Part shown: one piece after another, positions 47,061 through 56,195 of the stretch | How positions within the stretch are numbered: the first letter of the stretch is position 1 | Layout: each line of letters opens with the position of its first letter | Virus record (IMG/VR): IMGVR_UViG_3300027793_000087 | DNA from: an uncultured virus (IMG/VR IMGVR_UViG_3300027793_000087) | Taxonomy: Duplodnaviria; Heunggongvirae; Uroviricota; Caudoviricetes | Reading direction: 5' to 3' (one strand) | Length of the DNA: 64,000 nt | Notes under the pieces: generated by a model | What the model was told of the DNA's origin: nothing | The model's input: only the letters and a program-made list of their open reading frames with translations | Database searches by the model: none | Translations under genes and position numbers: made by a program

Positions 47061-48856
47061 CAGACCAGGAACGCGAAGAGTTTGAGTTTCGCCTTAGGCT
47101 AGAAAAAGAGGCCGAGGCCAACAAGTCAGTATCCGATAAGGTTGAAGAGTTTACGGGCGTGGGCGTCTCCAGCCCCCTGTTTGGCGGGGCGGTTGGCGCC
47201 ATAGCCGGGATACCGGCGGGTGCCGTAATTGAAGGCGCCACCAAGGGCGCGACGGCCCCAATACAACCGCGGACCGCGGTCGGGGCCGGCACGAGCGGGG
47301 AGAAGTGGCTGAGAAACTATGCAGGCATGGACAGGCCCGGTTTTACTGGCGGAGTGCCTCAGGCATCTGCGGCCTATCAGAGGTCAAAGGGCCAGGGGCC
47401 CGTCTCGTCAAGGGTGACTCAAAGGTTTGGCCCGGCGGCAAAGCTCGATATTGCAGGACAGCTTGAGGCGCAGCAGGCGGCACAAAGGGCGCGACCCTTT
47501 GCCGAGAGAGTAGCCGCAAGCATGCCGGAAAGTTTGCAACGCACTGGCCAAGCGGTACGTGGCGCGGCGGCTTCGGTGCCTACATGGCTCGGTCGTGGTT
47601 TGGCTGGAGGCAGCGCTGGATTCCAAGGCGTTGACGCGGTTAATAGAATAGAGCAAGACGATTATCTTGGAGGTTTAATCAGCGGGCTTGGGGCTGTTGG
47701 TTCAGGCGTGGCAATGATCCCTCACCCACTTACGCGCGGAATCGGCACAGCCGTTGGCGTAGCAGCCCCAGTGCTTAATGAAATTATTGACCGCGCTCGT
47801 AAAAGAGAAACACCAACAGAAATTTCAGCTGATACATATCCAATCGGTGCGGCATCTGGTGGAGCAATTCGTGGATACGCCGGAGGCAAGAGGGCGCTTG
47901 CCGATCTTGCCGTTGGCAAAGCTCCCGCAGGACTTGATTTCTTAAAAAAGGTTTTCGCCCCCGCTGAGTCAAAAGCCGTAAAGCTTAGCGAGGGGCTCGC
48001 TCCGTTTGAAGGTGGGAAGCTTCGCGTAACGCAGGCCGACAGAATGCGTGTCGGTGAGGGCATGAAGGGAGGCTCAGGTTTCCCTGGGCTGCAGCTTTCA
48101 GATCCCGAGCACGCCGCAAGACAAGCCGCCTGGATGACCGACGCTAAAAACGCGGCGACCATTCTCTCCAGGGCCGCACAAGAAAATCCTAAGACGGTTT
48201 TCTCTAACGTCCTTGGCACGCCAACGCAACATCATTCAAACCGCCAAGTGTTTGGAGACCTGCGTGACGCATACTTCCAGGCGTTAGACAAAGGAGAAGT
48301 CAGCCCGGAGTGGATTGAGAAGGCAAACCTACTCATACCTAAGCTGACTACGGGCAAGGAACGCAGCCCTCTGTTTTCACAGCCGTTTGACGTGCGAGAT
48401 AAGTTTGCCGTCCAGGAGCTGGTAGATACATTCGACCGTCGCGGTGCGTTGGCCAGTATGTTTGCCGGCGAAAGAACGGGCGGCGCTAAGAAGGGCGCGC
48501 TTCCGTTCTACTCCAGAATAGTAGAGTCGTACGCCGATCCGGCAACAAAGAACGCTCCCACGTACGCGATTGGAAATCGGTTGTTTACGCTAACCGGAGA
48601 GGCTCCTGAAAAGGTAACGGACTTACATCCGGCTTACGATTGGTTGTTGAAAGGTAAGGACGTAGGAGTGCACTTCGATCCAGTGCCGCAAGAAATCGCC
48701 ATGCGAGACTTTTACTCTCAGATGGTGAAAGAAAAAGGACGCAAGCCGGGGACGTTTGAGTACACCCGCGGCTATCCAAGATCGCAAGACGTTACGGAAG
48801 ATTACTTAACCTTTTTGCAACGTGAAGGATATAAGGACGGAGGCTTGTCGCGGTGA
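47057..48856 (+). CDS. Putative ejection/internal protein 4 (two parts split at ASGG/YAGG)
   Basis: ATGA coupling; composition shifts at the motif. Confidence 0.6.
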   Translation: MTDQEREEFEFRLRLEKEAEANKSVSDKVEEFTGVGVSSPLFGGAVGAIAGIPAGAVIEGATKGATAPIQPRTAVGAGTSGEKWLRNYAGMDRPGFTGGVPQASAAYQRSKGQGPVSSRVTQRFGPAAKLDIAGQLEAQQAAQRARPFAERVAASMPESLQRTGQAVRGAAASVPTWLGRGLAGGSAGFQGVDAVNRIEQDDYLGGLISGLGAVGSGVAMIPHPLTRGIGTAVGVAAPVLNEIIDRARKRETPTEISADTYPIGAASGGAIRGYAGGKRALADLAVGKAPAGLDFLKKVFAPAESKAVKLSEGLAPFEGGKLRVTQADRMRVGEGMKGGSGFPGLQLSDPEHAARQAAWMTDAKNAATILSRAAQENPKTVFSNVLGTPTQHHSNRQVFGDLRDAYFQALDKGEVSPEWIEKANLLIPKLTTGKERSPLFSQPFDVRDKFAVQELVDTFDRRGALASMFAGERTGGAKKGALPFYSRIVESYADPATKNAPTYAIGNRLFTLTGEAPEKVTDLHPAYDWLLKGKDVGVHFDPVPQEIAMRDFYSQMVKEKGRKPGTFEYTRGYPRSQDVTEDYLTFLQREGYKDGGLSR

Positions 48857-50298
48857 AACCCCTCCTAGACCTGCGACGTCTTGCCCTCCTCAAGGACCCC
48901 AAGAAGAGGGCCTACGTCGAGGAGTTTACGCCTGGCTACTACCACGGCTCGCCCGCTCGTGACATCGAGGAGTTTGGGCCCGGCCCACGCGGTGCGATAT
49001 TCGCAACGCAGGACCCCAAGTTTGCCGAGAGCTTTGTGCCCGGTGGCAAGAAGGGCCAGACGTTTGGAACGGGCGGTACGATGTACCCTCTTTCGATCCG
49101 CAAGGGAAAACACTTCGACCCCGAGGACCCGGCCAACGCCCCGTTCCTTGAGAGGTACATGGAGCAGTACAACGCCAACATTTTGCCAGGTCAGGGGCGC
49201 CTGCTGCCGAACGTGTTTACCGGCCGCAACACCTGGCTCTCGATGGAGAACCCGAAGTTTATGCAGGCGCTAAAAGATGCCGGTTACGACACGTTCTCCG
49301 TGACAGAGGGCGGCGTCAAAAACATTGGAGTGTTTGACCCAAAGAACATCAGGGGCAGGTTCGCCGAGTACGACCCTGCCAAGAAGGAGTCAGGAGACTT
49401 TATGAAGGCAGAAGGCGGTCTGGCACATCTGGCAGCGGGCGGTAGAGGAGAGCTGGCAAAGCGCGCAGCAAACTTAATCCTTCCACCGGCAGAGAACGCT
49501 GCTCGTACACAAATCATTGGCACACTCCCGACCTACAGAAAGGCCGCGGAGGAGTTTCAGCGTCGCGGGGCGCAGGGTAGGGGCCTGGATTTTGGCGCCG
49601 GGCTTGGCGAGGGCGCGAAGGTCATGCCGGGCCAGTACGAGACCTATGAGCCCTTTGCTCGCGGGTGGAGCCCGACATACTCCGAGATGTCGCAGATCCC
49701 TCAGGGGGCCTACAATCGACTCACAAACCTAAACGTACTAAACGTTGTCCCCCGCGAGGTTCGGGATGAGATCGTTCAGGGCATCGGTCGCAGCATGGAG
49801 CCAGGTGGTCTTGGACTGATTACGACCCGAGGGGCGGATGTTATGAAGGCAACCGGCCGACCCGGTCCGGAGCCGATGTCGGTCATCACCAGCCGCGACA
49901 CTTACCAGAAGGGATTTACTAACCCCGAGCTGCAGGACTACCTGAAGTACATCCTCGGCTCCGGATACGACATCGAGAGGCTGGGACTTGGCCCGGCTGG
50001 TGCCGCGATCCGCAAGAAGGCAGAGGGCGGTCTGGCTCAGATGGCCGAGGGCGGCAAGACACCGGCATGGCAGCGCAAGGAGGGCAAGAACCCCGAGGGC
50101 GGCCTGAACGCCAAGGGTCGAGCATCGTACAAGGCCGAGACCGGCGGGACACTGAAGCGTCCCCAGCCCGAGGGCGGCGCTCGCCGTGACTCGTTCTGTG
50201 CCAGGATGAAGGGCATGAAGAAGAAGCTTACCTCGGCCAAGACGGCAAACGACCCAGACAGCCGCATCAACAAGTCGCTAAGGGCGTGGAACTGCTGA
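48853..50298 (+). CDS. Polyvalent protein: ADP-ribosyltransferase-like + SAM methyltransferase + basic C-terminal domain
   Basis: YYHGSP...IFAT; LDFGAGLG...NVLNVVP; RRDSFCARM...RAWNC. Confidence 0.7.
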   Translation: MKPLLDLRRLALLKDPKKRAYVEEFTPGYYHGSPARDIEEFGPGPRGAIFATQDPKFAESFVPGGKKGQTFGTGGTMYPLSIRKGKHFDPEDPANAPFLERYMEQYNANILPGQGRLLPNVFTGRNTWLSMENPKFMQALKDAGYDTFSVTEGGVKNIGVFDPKNIRGRFAEYDPAKKESGDFMKAEGGLAHLAAGGRGELAKRAANLILPPAENAARTQIIGTLPTYRKAAEEFQRRGAQGRGLDFGAGLGEGAKVMPGQYETYEPFARGWSPTYSEMSQIPQGAYNRLTNLNVLNVVPREVRDEIVQGIGRSMEPGGLGLITTRGADVMKATGRPGPEPMSVITSRDTYQKGFTNPELQDYLKYILGSGYDIERLGLGPAGAAIRKKAEGGLAQMAEGGKTPAWQRKEGKNPEGGLNAKGRASYKAETGGTLKRPQPEGGARRDSFCARMKGMKKKLTSAKTANDPDSRINKSLRAWNC

Positions 50299-50299
50299 C

Positions 50300-50539
50300 A
50301 TGGCCTCGTTCTTCGTCGCGGTCATATTCTGGTGCACCCAAGAGGGCTGCATCTTTTCCTATTCCAACGACCAGTTTCCTAACAAGCACGACTGCGTTAT
50401 GTCGATGGACCAGGAGATAGGGAAGATGCGCGACCCGAAGCTGAGGGTTATATCGGCACACGGCTCCTGCCTGGAGTTTAAGCAGGAGCGGCGTGTTTTA
50501 TTTACGGTATCGTTTACCTACCCATCCCTCGGCCGCTAG
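50300..50539 (+). CDS. Hypothetical protein
   Basis: Last plus-strand gene; 3' end overlaps DNA pol 3' end. Confidence 0.5.
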   Translation: MASFFVAVIFWCTQEGCIFSYSNDQFPNKHDCVMSMDQEIGKMRDPKLRVISAHGSCLEFKQERRVLFTVSFTYPSLGR

Positions 50540-52390
50540 AGGGAAGCCTGGAGCCCACTTAGGTGGCGTGGTCATAACCTCGGTCACGCGAGCTAAGGCG
50601 GACTCGCCGTCTGCCTCCTTGACTAAGAGGAGAATCTCATCGTGGATGCAGTTGACCACTTCAAATCCGTCCTGCTCAAGCCGAAGCATGGACTCGGTAA
50701 GAAAATCACGCGCGGTACCCTGGACAGCGCTCTGAAATACGCTCGACCCAATAAGCTTGTTTCGGCCCCACTTGCGGGTAAAGGTGTTCTGGTTGCGGAC
50801 GGTAACCCCGTCCCTGACCTCGCCCCAGGGAGTCATCTGAGGCTCGACCATCGGGTCTCTCCAGCAGATCAGCCGGCCGCTGGGAAGGCACATCCAAAGG
50901 GCTCCTTTCGCAGCCTTAAAGAGAACTTTGCCTGACTTGATCGGCGTGCCCGGTACACGTATAGCCTCGATGGCGGCACGCTCAAACTCGTACCAGCTCT
51001 CCTTGACCCGGACGTATTCCTCGCGGTAGGCCTTCACGGCCTGCTCGCTCTGCGCCGGGGTCAGCTTTACCCCCATCCCGTCCGCGTACTCGACCAGTCC
51101 CTTGGCGCCTTGTCCGAACATGCAGCCCAGGACGGCAGACTTGGAAACCTGTCGCATGTCCTTGGTAACTTCTTCGTACGGTACCCTGTAAAGGCTCTTT
51201 GATGCAAACGTCTTGTACTCGTCCAGCCCGCTGCGGAACATTTCGACCTTGTCATTTTGCCCGGCAATCCATGACGCCACCCTGTTCTCTATACTCGAGA
51301 AGTCGGCGTCCACAAAAACATGGCCGTAGGGGGCCTTAATTGAGCTCCTGACGAGGCTGGATAGCTCGTCCATGGTGCCACCCCTGCCCTGTACCAAGAT
51401 CCTCTCCACGGCCTCATCAAGAGCCTCACCGTCGAGGTGTGGCCTGGCAAGGTTCTGGAGGTTGAGACCTCCCCTGGAGGCAAAGCGCCCGGTGCTAGCT
51501 CCGTGGTAGACCAGGGTGTTGCGGATCCTGCCACCGACCTGGACCTCGAGCATCTTGTCGTACTTGGCGGTGCTGGTCAGTGAACCCTGACGGCGCAGCT
51601 CCAGTACCCGACTAATCTTGTCGGGCATATCCTTGCGCTCGAGTAGTTTCTGGACGGTCTCCGCGGTCAAGTCCTCGACCTGGATACCTCCCTCCCTAAG
51701 CCACTGCCCGATCTTGGCCGGCTGGTTGGCCGTGATGCCCCCAGTCAGCATCGTGATCTCGGACTCTATCTTGGCCTTGTTGATGGTCACTGTCGCGATC
51801 GCGCGCTGCAGCTCTGACGGGTCCACGGGCACGCCGCGGTCGTTAATAATTTGGGTCAGGACCCACAGCTCCTGCTCCTGGTCGGACAGGGGCCGGCATT
51901 TCTCGGCCACGGCCATCTCGGTCCGGACGTCCTGCATGCAGTACTCGTACATCTGGGCCAGCAGCGCGGGGTCCTTGTTGAACTGGCCCTTGCGGTCTGG
52001 CTTGGACAGCTTCTGTATCAGCCTTCGCCCCGTGACGTCCTTCTGCTCGGATACGCCAAGAAAGATCGCGGCCTCCTCGAGCGACTGCGGGATGTTAGAC
52101 GCCGCGGCCATGGCCATGGAGTCGGTAAAGTTTTTCCAGCGGACGGGTAGCTTCAGGACGTGGCGGAGTATGTTGTACTCAAAGGCCGCGTTCCATGCTG
52201 AGAATCTTACCGTGGGGTCGGATAGCCAGAACGGCATCGTCTGGTCCGGAGTCCATATCTTGACTGGTGCCCCGGGGAAGCAGTAGGCCATGCAGATGAC
52301 CTCCGTGCTCTTGTCCCTGGCGTACTTGTCCAGGCCGTAGGTCGGGAGGTCTACCAGGCTTCGTGTCTCAAAGTCGATGCTGATGTTCAT
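50498..52390 (-). CDS. polA: DNA polymerase, family A
   Basis: IDFETRS, AWNAAFE, YCMQDV exonuclease motifs; ASTGRFAS, DFSSIE, RQVSK, IHDE; RBS before ATG at 52390. Confidence 0.93.
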   Translation of the reverse strand: MNISIDFETRSLVDLPTYGLDKYARDKSTEVICMAYCFPGAPVKIWTPDQTMPFWLSDPTVRFSAWNAAFEYNILRHVLKLPVRWKNFTDSMAMAAASNIPQSLEEAAIFLGVSEQKDVTGRRLIQKLSKPDRKGQFNKDPALLAQMYEYCMQDVRTEMAVAEKCRPLSDQEQELWVLTQIINDRGVPVDPSELQRAIATVTINKAKIESEITMLTGGITANQPAKIGQWLREGGIQVEDLTAETVQKLLERKDMPDKISRVLELRRQGSLTSTAKYDKMLEVQVGGRIRNTLVYHGASTGRFASRGGLNLQNLARPHLDGEALDEAVERILVQGRGGTMDELSSLVRSSIKAPYGHVFVDADFSSIENRVASWIAGQNDKVEMFRSGLDEYKTFASKSLYRVPYEEVTKDMRQVSKSAVLGCMFGQGAKGLVEYADGMGVKLTPAQSEQAVKAYREEYVRVKESWYEFERAAIEAIRVPGTPIKSGKVLFKAAKGALWMCLPSGRLICWRDPMVEPQMTPWGEVRDGVTVRNQNTFTRKWGRNKLIGSSVFQSAVQGTARDFLTESMLRLEQDGFEVVNCIHDEILLLVKEADGESALARVTEVMTTPPKWAPGFPLAAEGWVGKRYRK

Positions 52391-52584
52391 ACGTGCTCCT
52401 GTGGCAAGCCGACGAGTCGGCGGTTGAGAGGGTACTGCCTTGGCGCGCTGCCAGTACGCCATACTGGCAGCGCGCCGGCCACGTCAGCAGAGAGAAAGGT
52501 TGGGGCTGAATCCATAAAGCCCGTTGAGCCCTGCCCGTGACTGCGGATGTTTTGCCCCACCTTCCGCTGGGGGTGTTTTGTATT

Positions 52585-52797
52585 CTAACAGCTTTTCAGA
52601 ATTCTAACATCATCAATGTTACATAAAAAAGTAGGGGGCCAGATTTGGTGGCTGCTACACGCGGCTATGAAGGCAGAAAAATACACCGCTTGCCACATCC
52701 TCTCGAGGTCTGCCTGACACCCCCCACAAGCTACTTCACCATGCAACACACAAATTAAATGCCTTGCCTCCAACGCCAAGCCATATTCCAATTCCAT
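52585..52797 (-). CDS. Cys-rich hypothetical protein
   Basis: 3' part of track ORF; weak RBS. Confidence 0.35.
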   Translation of the reverse strand: MELEYGLALEARHLICVLHGEVACGGCQADLERMWQAVYFSAFIAACSSHQIWPPTFLCNIDDVRILKSC

Positions 52798-52825
52798 AGG
52801 TTTAGCGGCGGGCACTTCCAGACGC

Positions 52826-54700
52826 TTAAATCTCGCATACACCGGCCACGCATGCAAGCATCTGCGCCCCTTCGACGTTGTCAGTCTCTTCTTTAAACAG
52901 CGACCAGTCAAGCTTTGGCATCTTGGCCTTCAGCTCATTGTACTGCGCCTCCGTGCACTCTTCGTACGGGGCCTGGCGGTACGTGCCTCCGTCGTGCGGC
53001 AGGAACGACACGCCGCTGATCTCGTCAAAGTGCTCCCACACCCAGGCACCGACCGAGGGCCAGTCCTTCTCGTGGACCGAGATCGTCACAGAGGGCTTGT
53101 GCTCGCACCACTGTCTCTGATAGGCAAGCCACAGCTCGAGGTGAGAGATTGACGATACGTCGTCTCTGACCAGCCCCGCGGGCGCCTTTTGCGGAAAGCT
53201 GAATACCGTGGTCTGGGTCGGCTTGTAGACGCAGTCCTCTGCCGGCACGCCCTGTTGTACCAGGAACGAGCTGAGCGGGTCCTTCTTGTCGCCCCTGACT
53301 CGCCTGATGTAATACTTGGAGTGCCTGGGGTGTATCCCGGAGGCCGAGTCGACCAGCTGTGACACGGTGCCCGAGGGCTTGACGCACGTAATCGCGGCGC
53401 TCTTCTCGATCCCAAGCTTGTTGGCCCAGGACTCGTTTGTCAGACGGGCGTGCTCTCTGAGCTGTGACAGGGTCGATGCAAGAGTCTCATTGTTCGCGCA
53501 CATCGCGGTGTTGTCGTAGATACCAGTCAGCGACACTCCGAGCAGTCTCTCCTCCTCGGTGTTGCGCTGCCACACCTTTCGCAGATACGGAAACTTTGTA
53601 AAGGTGGCCTGTATCGTTCCCAGAATTGTCGCCAGCTCGACCTTATTCTTGAGGGTCTCCAGCGTGTCATCGTGTCGAACAACGACCTCGGTAAGGTTGC
53701 AAAATTGATACGGCCGTAAAATGATTTCCGAGCAGGGGTTTGTTCCAAACTCATGCGCGGGATCGCGATGGCCATACTTTGCAACAGTCTTGCGCGCGGC
53801 CTCACGATTAAAAATTCCTCGTTCGCCAGAGTGTGAATTGTAAAGGGAAAGCCACTCCTCCATAAACTTTCCAACCGGCGGAGTCTCATTATAAACCGCG
53901 CTATTGTTGGCGAGTGCACGATGTGGTGCGGTCTCCCACCAAGGACCAGCTTTGGCATGTCGGATCCTTTCGTCGTCCAGGTCTGACAACGAGATCATGG
54001 CGGAGCGACGAACGCCGCCAACAACCACCACCTCGCCGATCTTGCACATCATGTCGTGACACTCCAGGGTGTTCAGTCGCCGACCTTTCGCATTTTTGAA
54101 AGTGTTGACGGTGAACGTAAATAGGTCCACGAGAGGTCCTGGTCCGCTTGCTCGTCCGCCAAAGGTCTTGAGTCTTGCCCCCGCGGGTCGGACGTTGCTG
54201 ACGTCCCACTTCGGGATCTCTCCGGCGTAGAGGTGTGCGATGAGGAGCCGGAGCGCTTTCGCCCAGCCTTCTTTGGAGTCGTGGACAGCGATAACATGTT
54301 CGCTTTCAAAAAGTTGCTCCGGCACCTCGGGCAGCTGAGAAGTGTATTTAGATTCAACGCTGAACCCGACGCCAGTACCGCAGAGCAGGATGAACATAGC
54401 TTCATCGAAAGACTTCGGGTCGTCGACGGGGAGATACGAACAGTTATAGATGCAGGTGTTATCACGGTCGGCACTCTTTCCTGCCGTCATCATGGCACGC
54501 ATCGACGGCATAACTTTTAGGTTGTAGATTGCGTCGTAAATCTCGTCTTTCAGTTCTTTGTTTGCGGTGATGGCCGGCGTGCGGCTAAAGATGTAATCAA
54601 CGAAGCGCCACACGGTCTCGCTCCACTGCTCCCGGCGACCCTTGTCGTCGATGTAGCGGGCGTAGCGGCTGGCGGCGATGTATTCTTGGTACTGGTCCAT
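52826..54700 (-). CDS. nrdJ: Class II (B12-dependent) ribonucleotide reductase
   Basis: YNCSY, GTGVGFS, GTNPCSEI, TCVKPSGTVSQL, C-terminal CxxxxC. Confidence 0.92.
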   Translation of the reverse strand: MDQYQEYIAASRYARYIDDKGRREQWSETVWRFVDYIFSRTPAITANKELKDEIYDAIYNLKVMPSMRAMMTAGKSADRDNTCIYNCSYLPVDDPKSFDEAMFILLCGTGVGFSVESKYTSQLPEVPEQLFESEHVIAVHDSKEGWAKALRLLIAHLYAGEIPKWDVSNVRPAGARLKTFGGRASGPGPLVDLFTFTVNTFKNAKGRRLNTLECHDMMCKIGEVVVVGGVRRSAMISLSDLDDERIRHAKAGPWWETAPHRALANNSAVYNETPPVGKFMEEWLSLYNSHSGERGIFNREAARKTVAKYGHRDPAHEFGTNPCSEIILRPYQFCNLTEVVVRHDDTLETLKNKVELATILGTIQATFTKFPYLRKVWQRNTEEERLLGVSLTGIYDNTAMCANNETLASTLSQLREHARLTNESWANKLGIEKSAAITCVKPSGTVSQLVDSASGIHPRHSKYYIRRVRGDKKDPLSSFLVQQGVPAEDCVYKPTQTTVFSFPQKAPAGLVRDDVSSISHLELWLAYQRQWCEHKPSVTISVHEKDWPSVGAWVWEHFDEISGVSFLPHDGGTYRQAPYEECTEAQYNELKAKMPKLDWSLFKEETDNVEGAQMLACVAGVCEI

Positions 54701-54777
54701 GTATTTTTCTTATCAAATTAGATGGTGAAAGGGCCCGCCGGCACCAGGCCGGCGGGGTACAACACAACAACAAGGAA

Positions 54778-55164
54778 TTACTTCTTGGCTGCTGCCTTTT
54801 TCTTCTTGGCCGCGGGCTTCTTGGGTGCGGGCTTGACCTCCTCCTCATCGTCATCCCTGTCACTGCCAAGTATCGACCAGATGCTCTTGTTGGCCTTCTT
54901 GACGTCCTGCATGGGTAGGCCAAGAGCGGTCTCATAAAAGTCAAGCGCCTGCTGCATGCTGTCTCGCATAACGCGTAGCATGTCAACGGATGACTTCTCC
55001 GACCAGGGGCCAACATAAAAACGGGCCTTGTTCTCTCCGTCGCCGATGTCCAGCGTCAGGTCAAAGTCGGTCGGCGATGTGGCAACCCCACGGAGTACTA
55101 CGTACTCCTGGGTGCCCGGGAAAAACTTGGAGAAAGATACCTTCTCCGTTGCCTTCTTACTCAA
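54778..55164 (-). CDS. Hypothetical protein with Lys/Ala tail
   Basis: AGGAG RBS and TTG start. Confidence 0.6.
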   Translation of the reverse strand: MSKKATEKVSFSKFFPGTQEYVVLRGVATSPTDFDLTLDIGDGENKARFYVGPWSEKSSVDMLRVMRDSMQQALDFYETALGLPMQDVKKANKSIWSILGSDRDDDEEEVKPAPKKPAAKKKKAAAKK

Positions 55165-55183
55165 TTTATTTCTCCTGATGGGG

Positions 55184-55696
55184 TTAAACTGCAAAATCCT
55201 CAGCGGCCGTGGTGGCACCGCCAAGCTTCTCTCCGTCTTCCATCTTCTGGACGTTGTTTAGTCCGCAGCCCACGCCCTTAGATCCGTTGCTGTTGTAGGC
55301 AAAGAAGCTGATTGAGGCACGGCCAAGACAGCCAGAGTAAAACTCCGAGCGGTCGATAATCGGGTTCAGGTCTGCATCGACCACGCCAGGCTTTTGCTGG
55401 CTGTTGGCGTTGATGAAGTACGAGTTGGCGTATGCCGGGTCGTCCTTCTCTGCATCGCCGTCACGCAGGCCGCCCTTGAGGCCCTTGGGGATGGTGCCGC
55501 CCCAGACAGACTTGTTGTCTTCCTTGACCTGTTCGATAGCCTTGTTGATGCGCTCGATGGTGTCCTTGTCGGACTTGGGGATGATGATTGAAACGGAGTA
55601 CTTTGGAACGCCGCCTTCCTGCGCCGCCTGCGGCTCAAACACGTGGGCGTAAGAGAAGCGAACCTTACCTGTTACTACCTTTACTGACTTTGCCAT
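55184..55696 (-). CDS. ssb: ssDNA-binding protein (DUF2815 / T7 gp2.5-like)
   Basis: VRFSYAHVFEP, LRDGD, YSGC, GLNNVQK, AEDF. Confidence 0.88.
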   Translation of the reverse strand: MAKSVKVVTGKVRFSYAHVFEPQAAQEGGVPKYSVSIIIPKSDKDTIERINKAIEQVKEDNKSVWGGTIPKGLKGGLRDGDAEKDDPAYANSYFINANSQQKPGVVDADLNPIIDRSEFYSGCLGRASISFFAYNSNGSKGVGCGLNNVQKMEDGEKLGGATTAAEDFAV

Positions 55697-55752
55697 ACTA
55701 GGCTCCTTGTTTAGCGTCATGGCCCTGAGATCCGGCGGGCCTGTCCCGGCTA

Positions 55753-55920
55753 CTACTCTGACTTATCACCGACCTCAAACGAGTCGATTATAAGACCGAT
55801 CTGTCCGATAGTGTAACCTATAAAGGCCACCATCATTCCGATGCGTCGCACCTTGAGGTACGACAGCGTCGTGAAGATGTACATCAGACCGACCAGGGAA
55901 AGAAATACGTGTGGGCTCAT
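55753..55920 (-). CDS. Small membrane protein, 55 aa
   Basis: MSPHVFLSLVGLMYIF...; ATGA coupling. Confidence 0.55.
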   Translation of the reverse strand: MSPHVFLSLVGLMYIFTTLSYLKVRRIGMMVAFIGYTIGQIGLIIDSFEVGDKSE

Positions 55921-56195
55921 TGATCGAAGATTGTATCATCAATGAACACCGGGGTGTTGTCTCCAACGTAGGCGCCTACGATGTTGAACTGGTACCACTC
56001 CATGGCCTCATCGGGGTCCATCCTGTCGTGCTTAATCAGCAGCTGGACAACCTTGGGCTCGCTGTATGCCACGGCCATCATGCCCGAGGCGCTGGTGGCG
56101 ACTCCGATGATCGCCTCGTCAAAGTACTCTGGGTCCAGGAAAAGTAGCTCGCTCCCGTCGAGGTAGTTGTCGGCAATCTGCTGTCGTTTGCTCAC
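55917..56195 (-). CDS. Hypothetical protein
   Basis: FDEAIIG, EAMEWYQFNIVGAYVG. Confidence 0.7.
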   Translation of the reverse strand: MSKRQQIADNYLDGSELLFLDPEYFDEAIIGVATSASGMMAVAYSEPKVVQLLIKHDRMDPDEAMEWYQFNIVGAYVGDNTPVFIDDTIFDQ

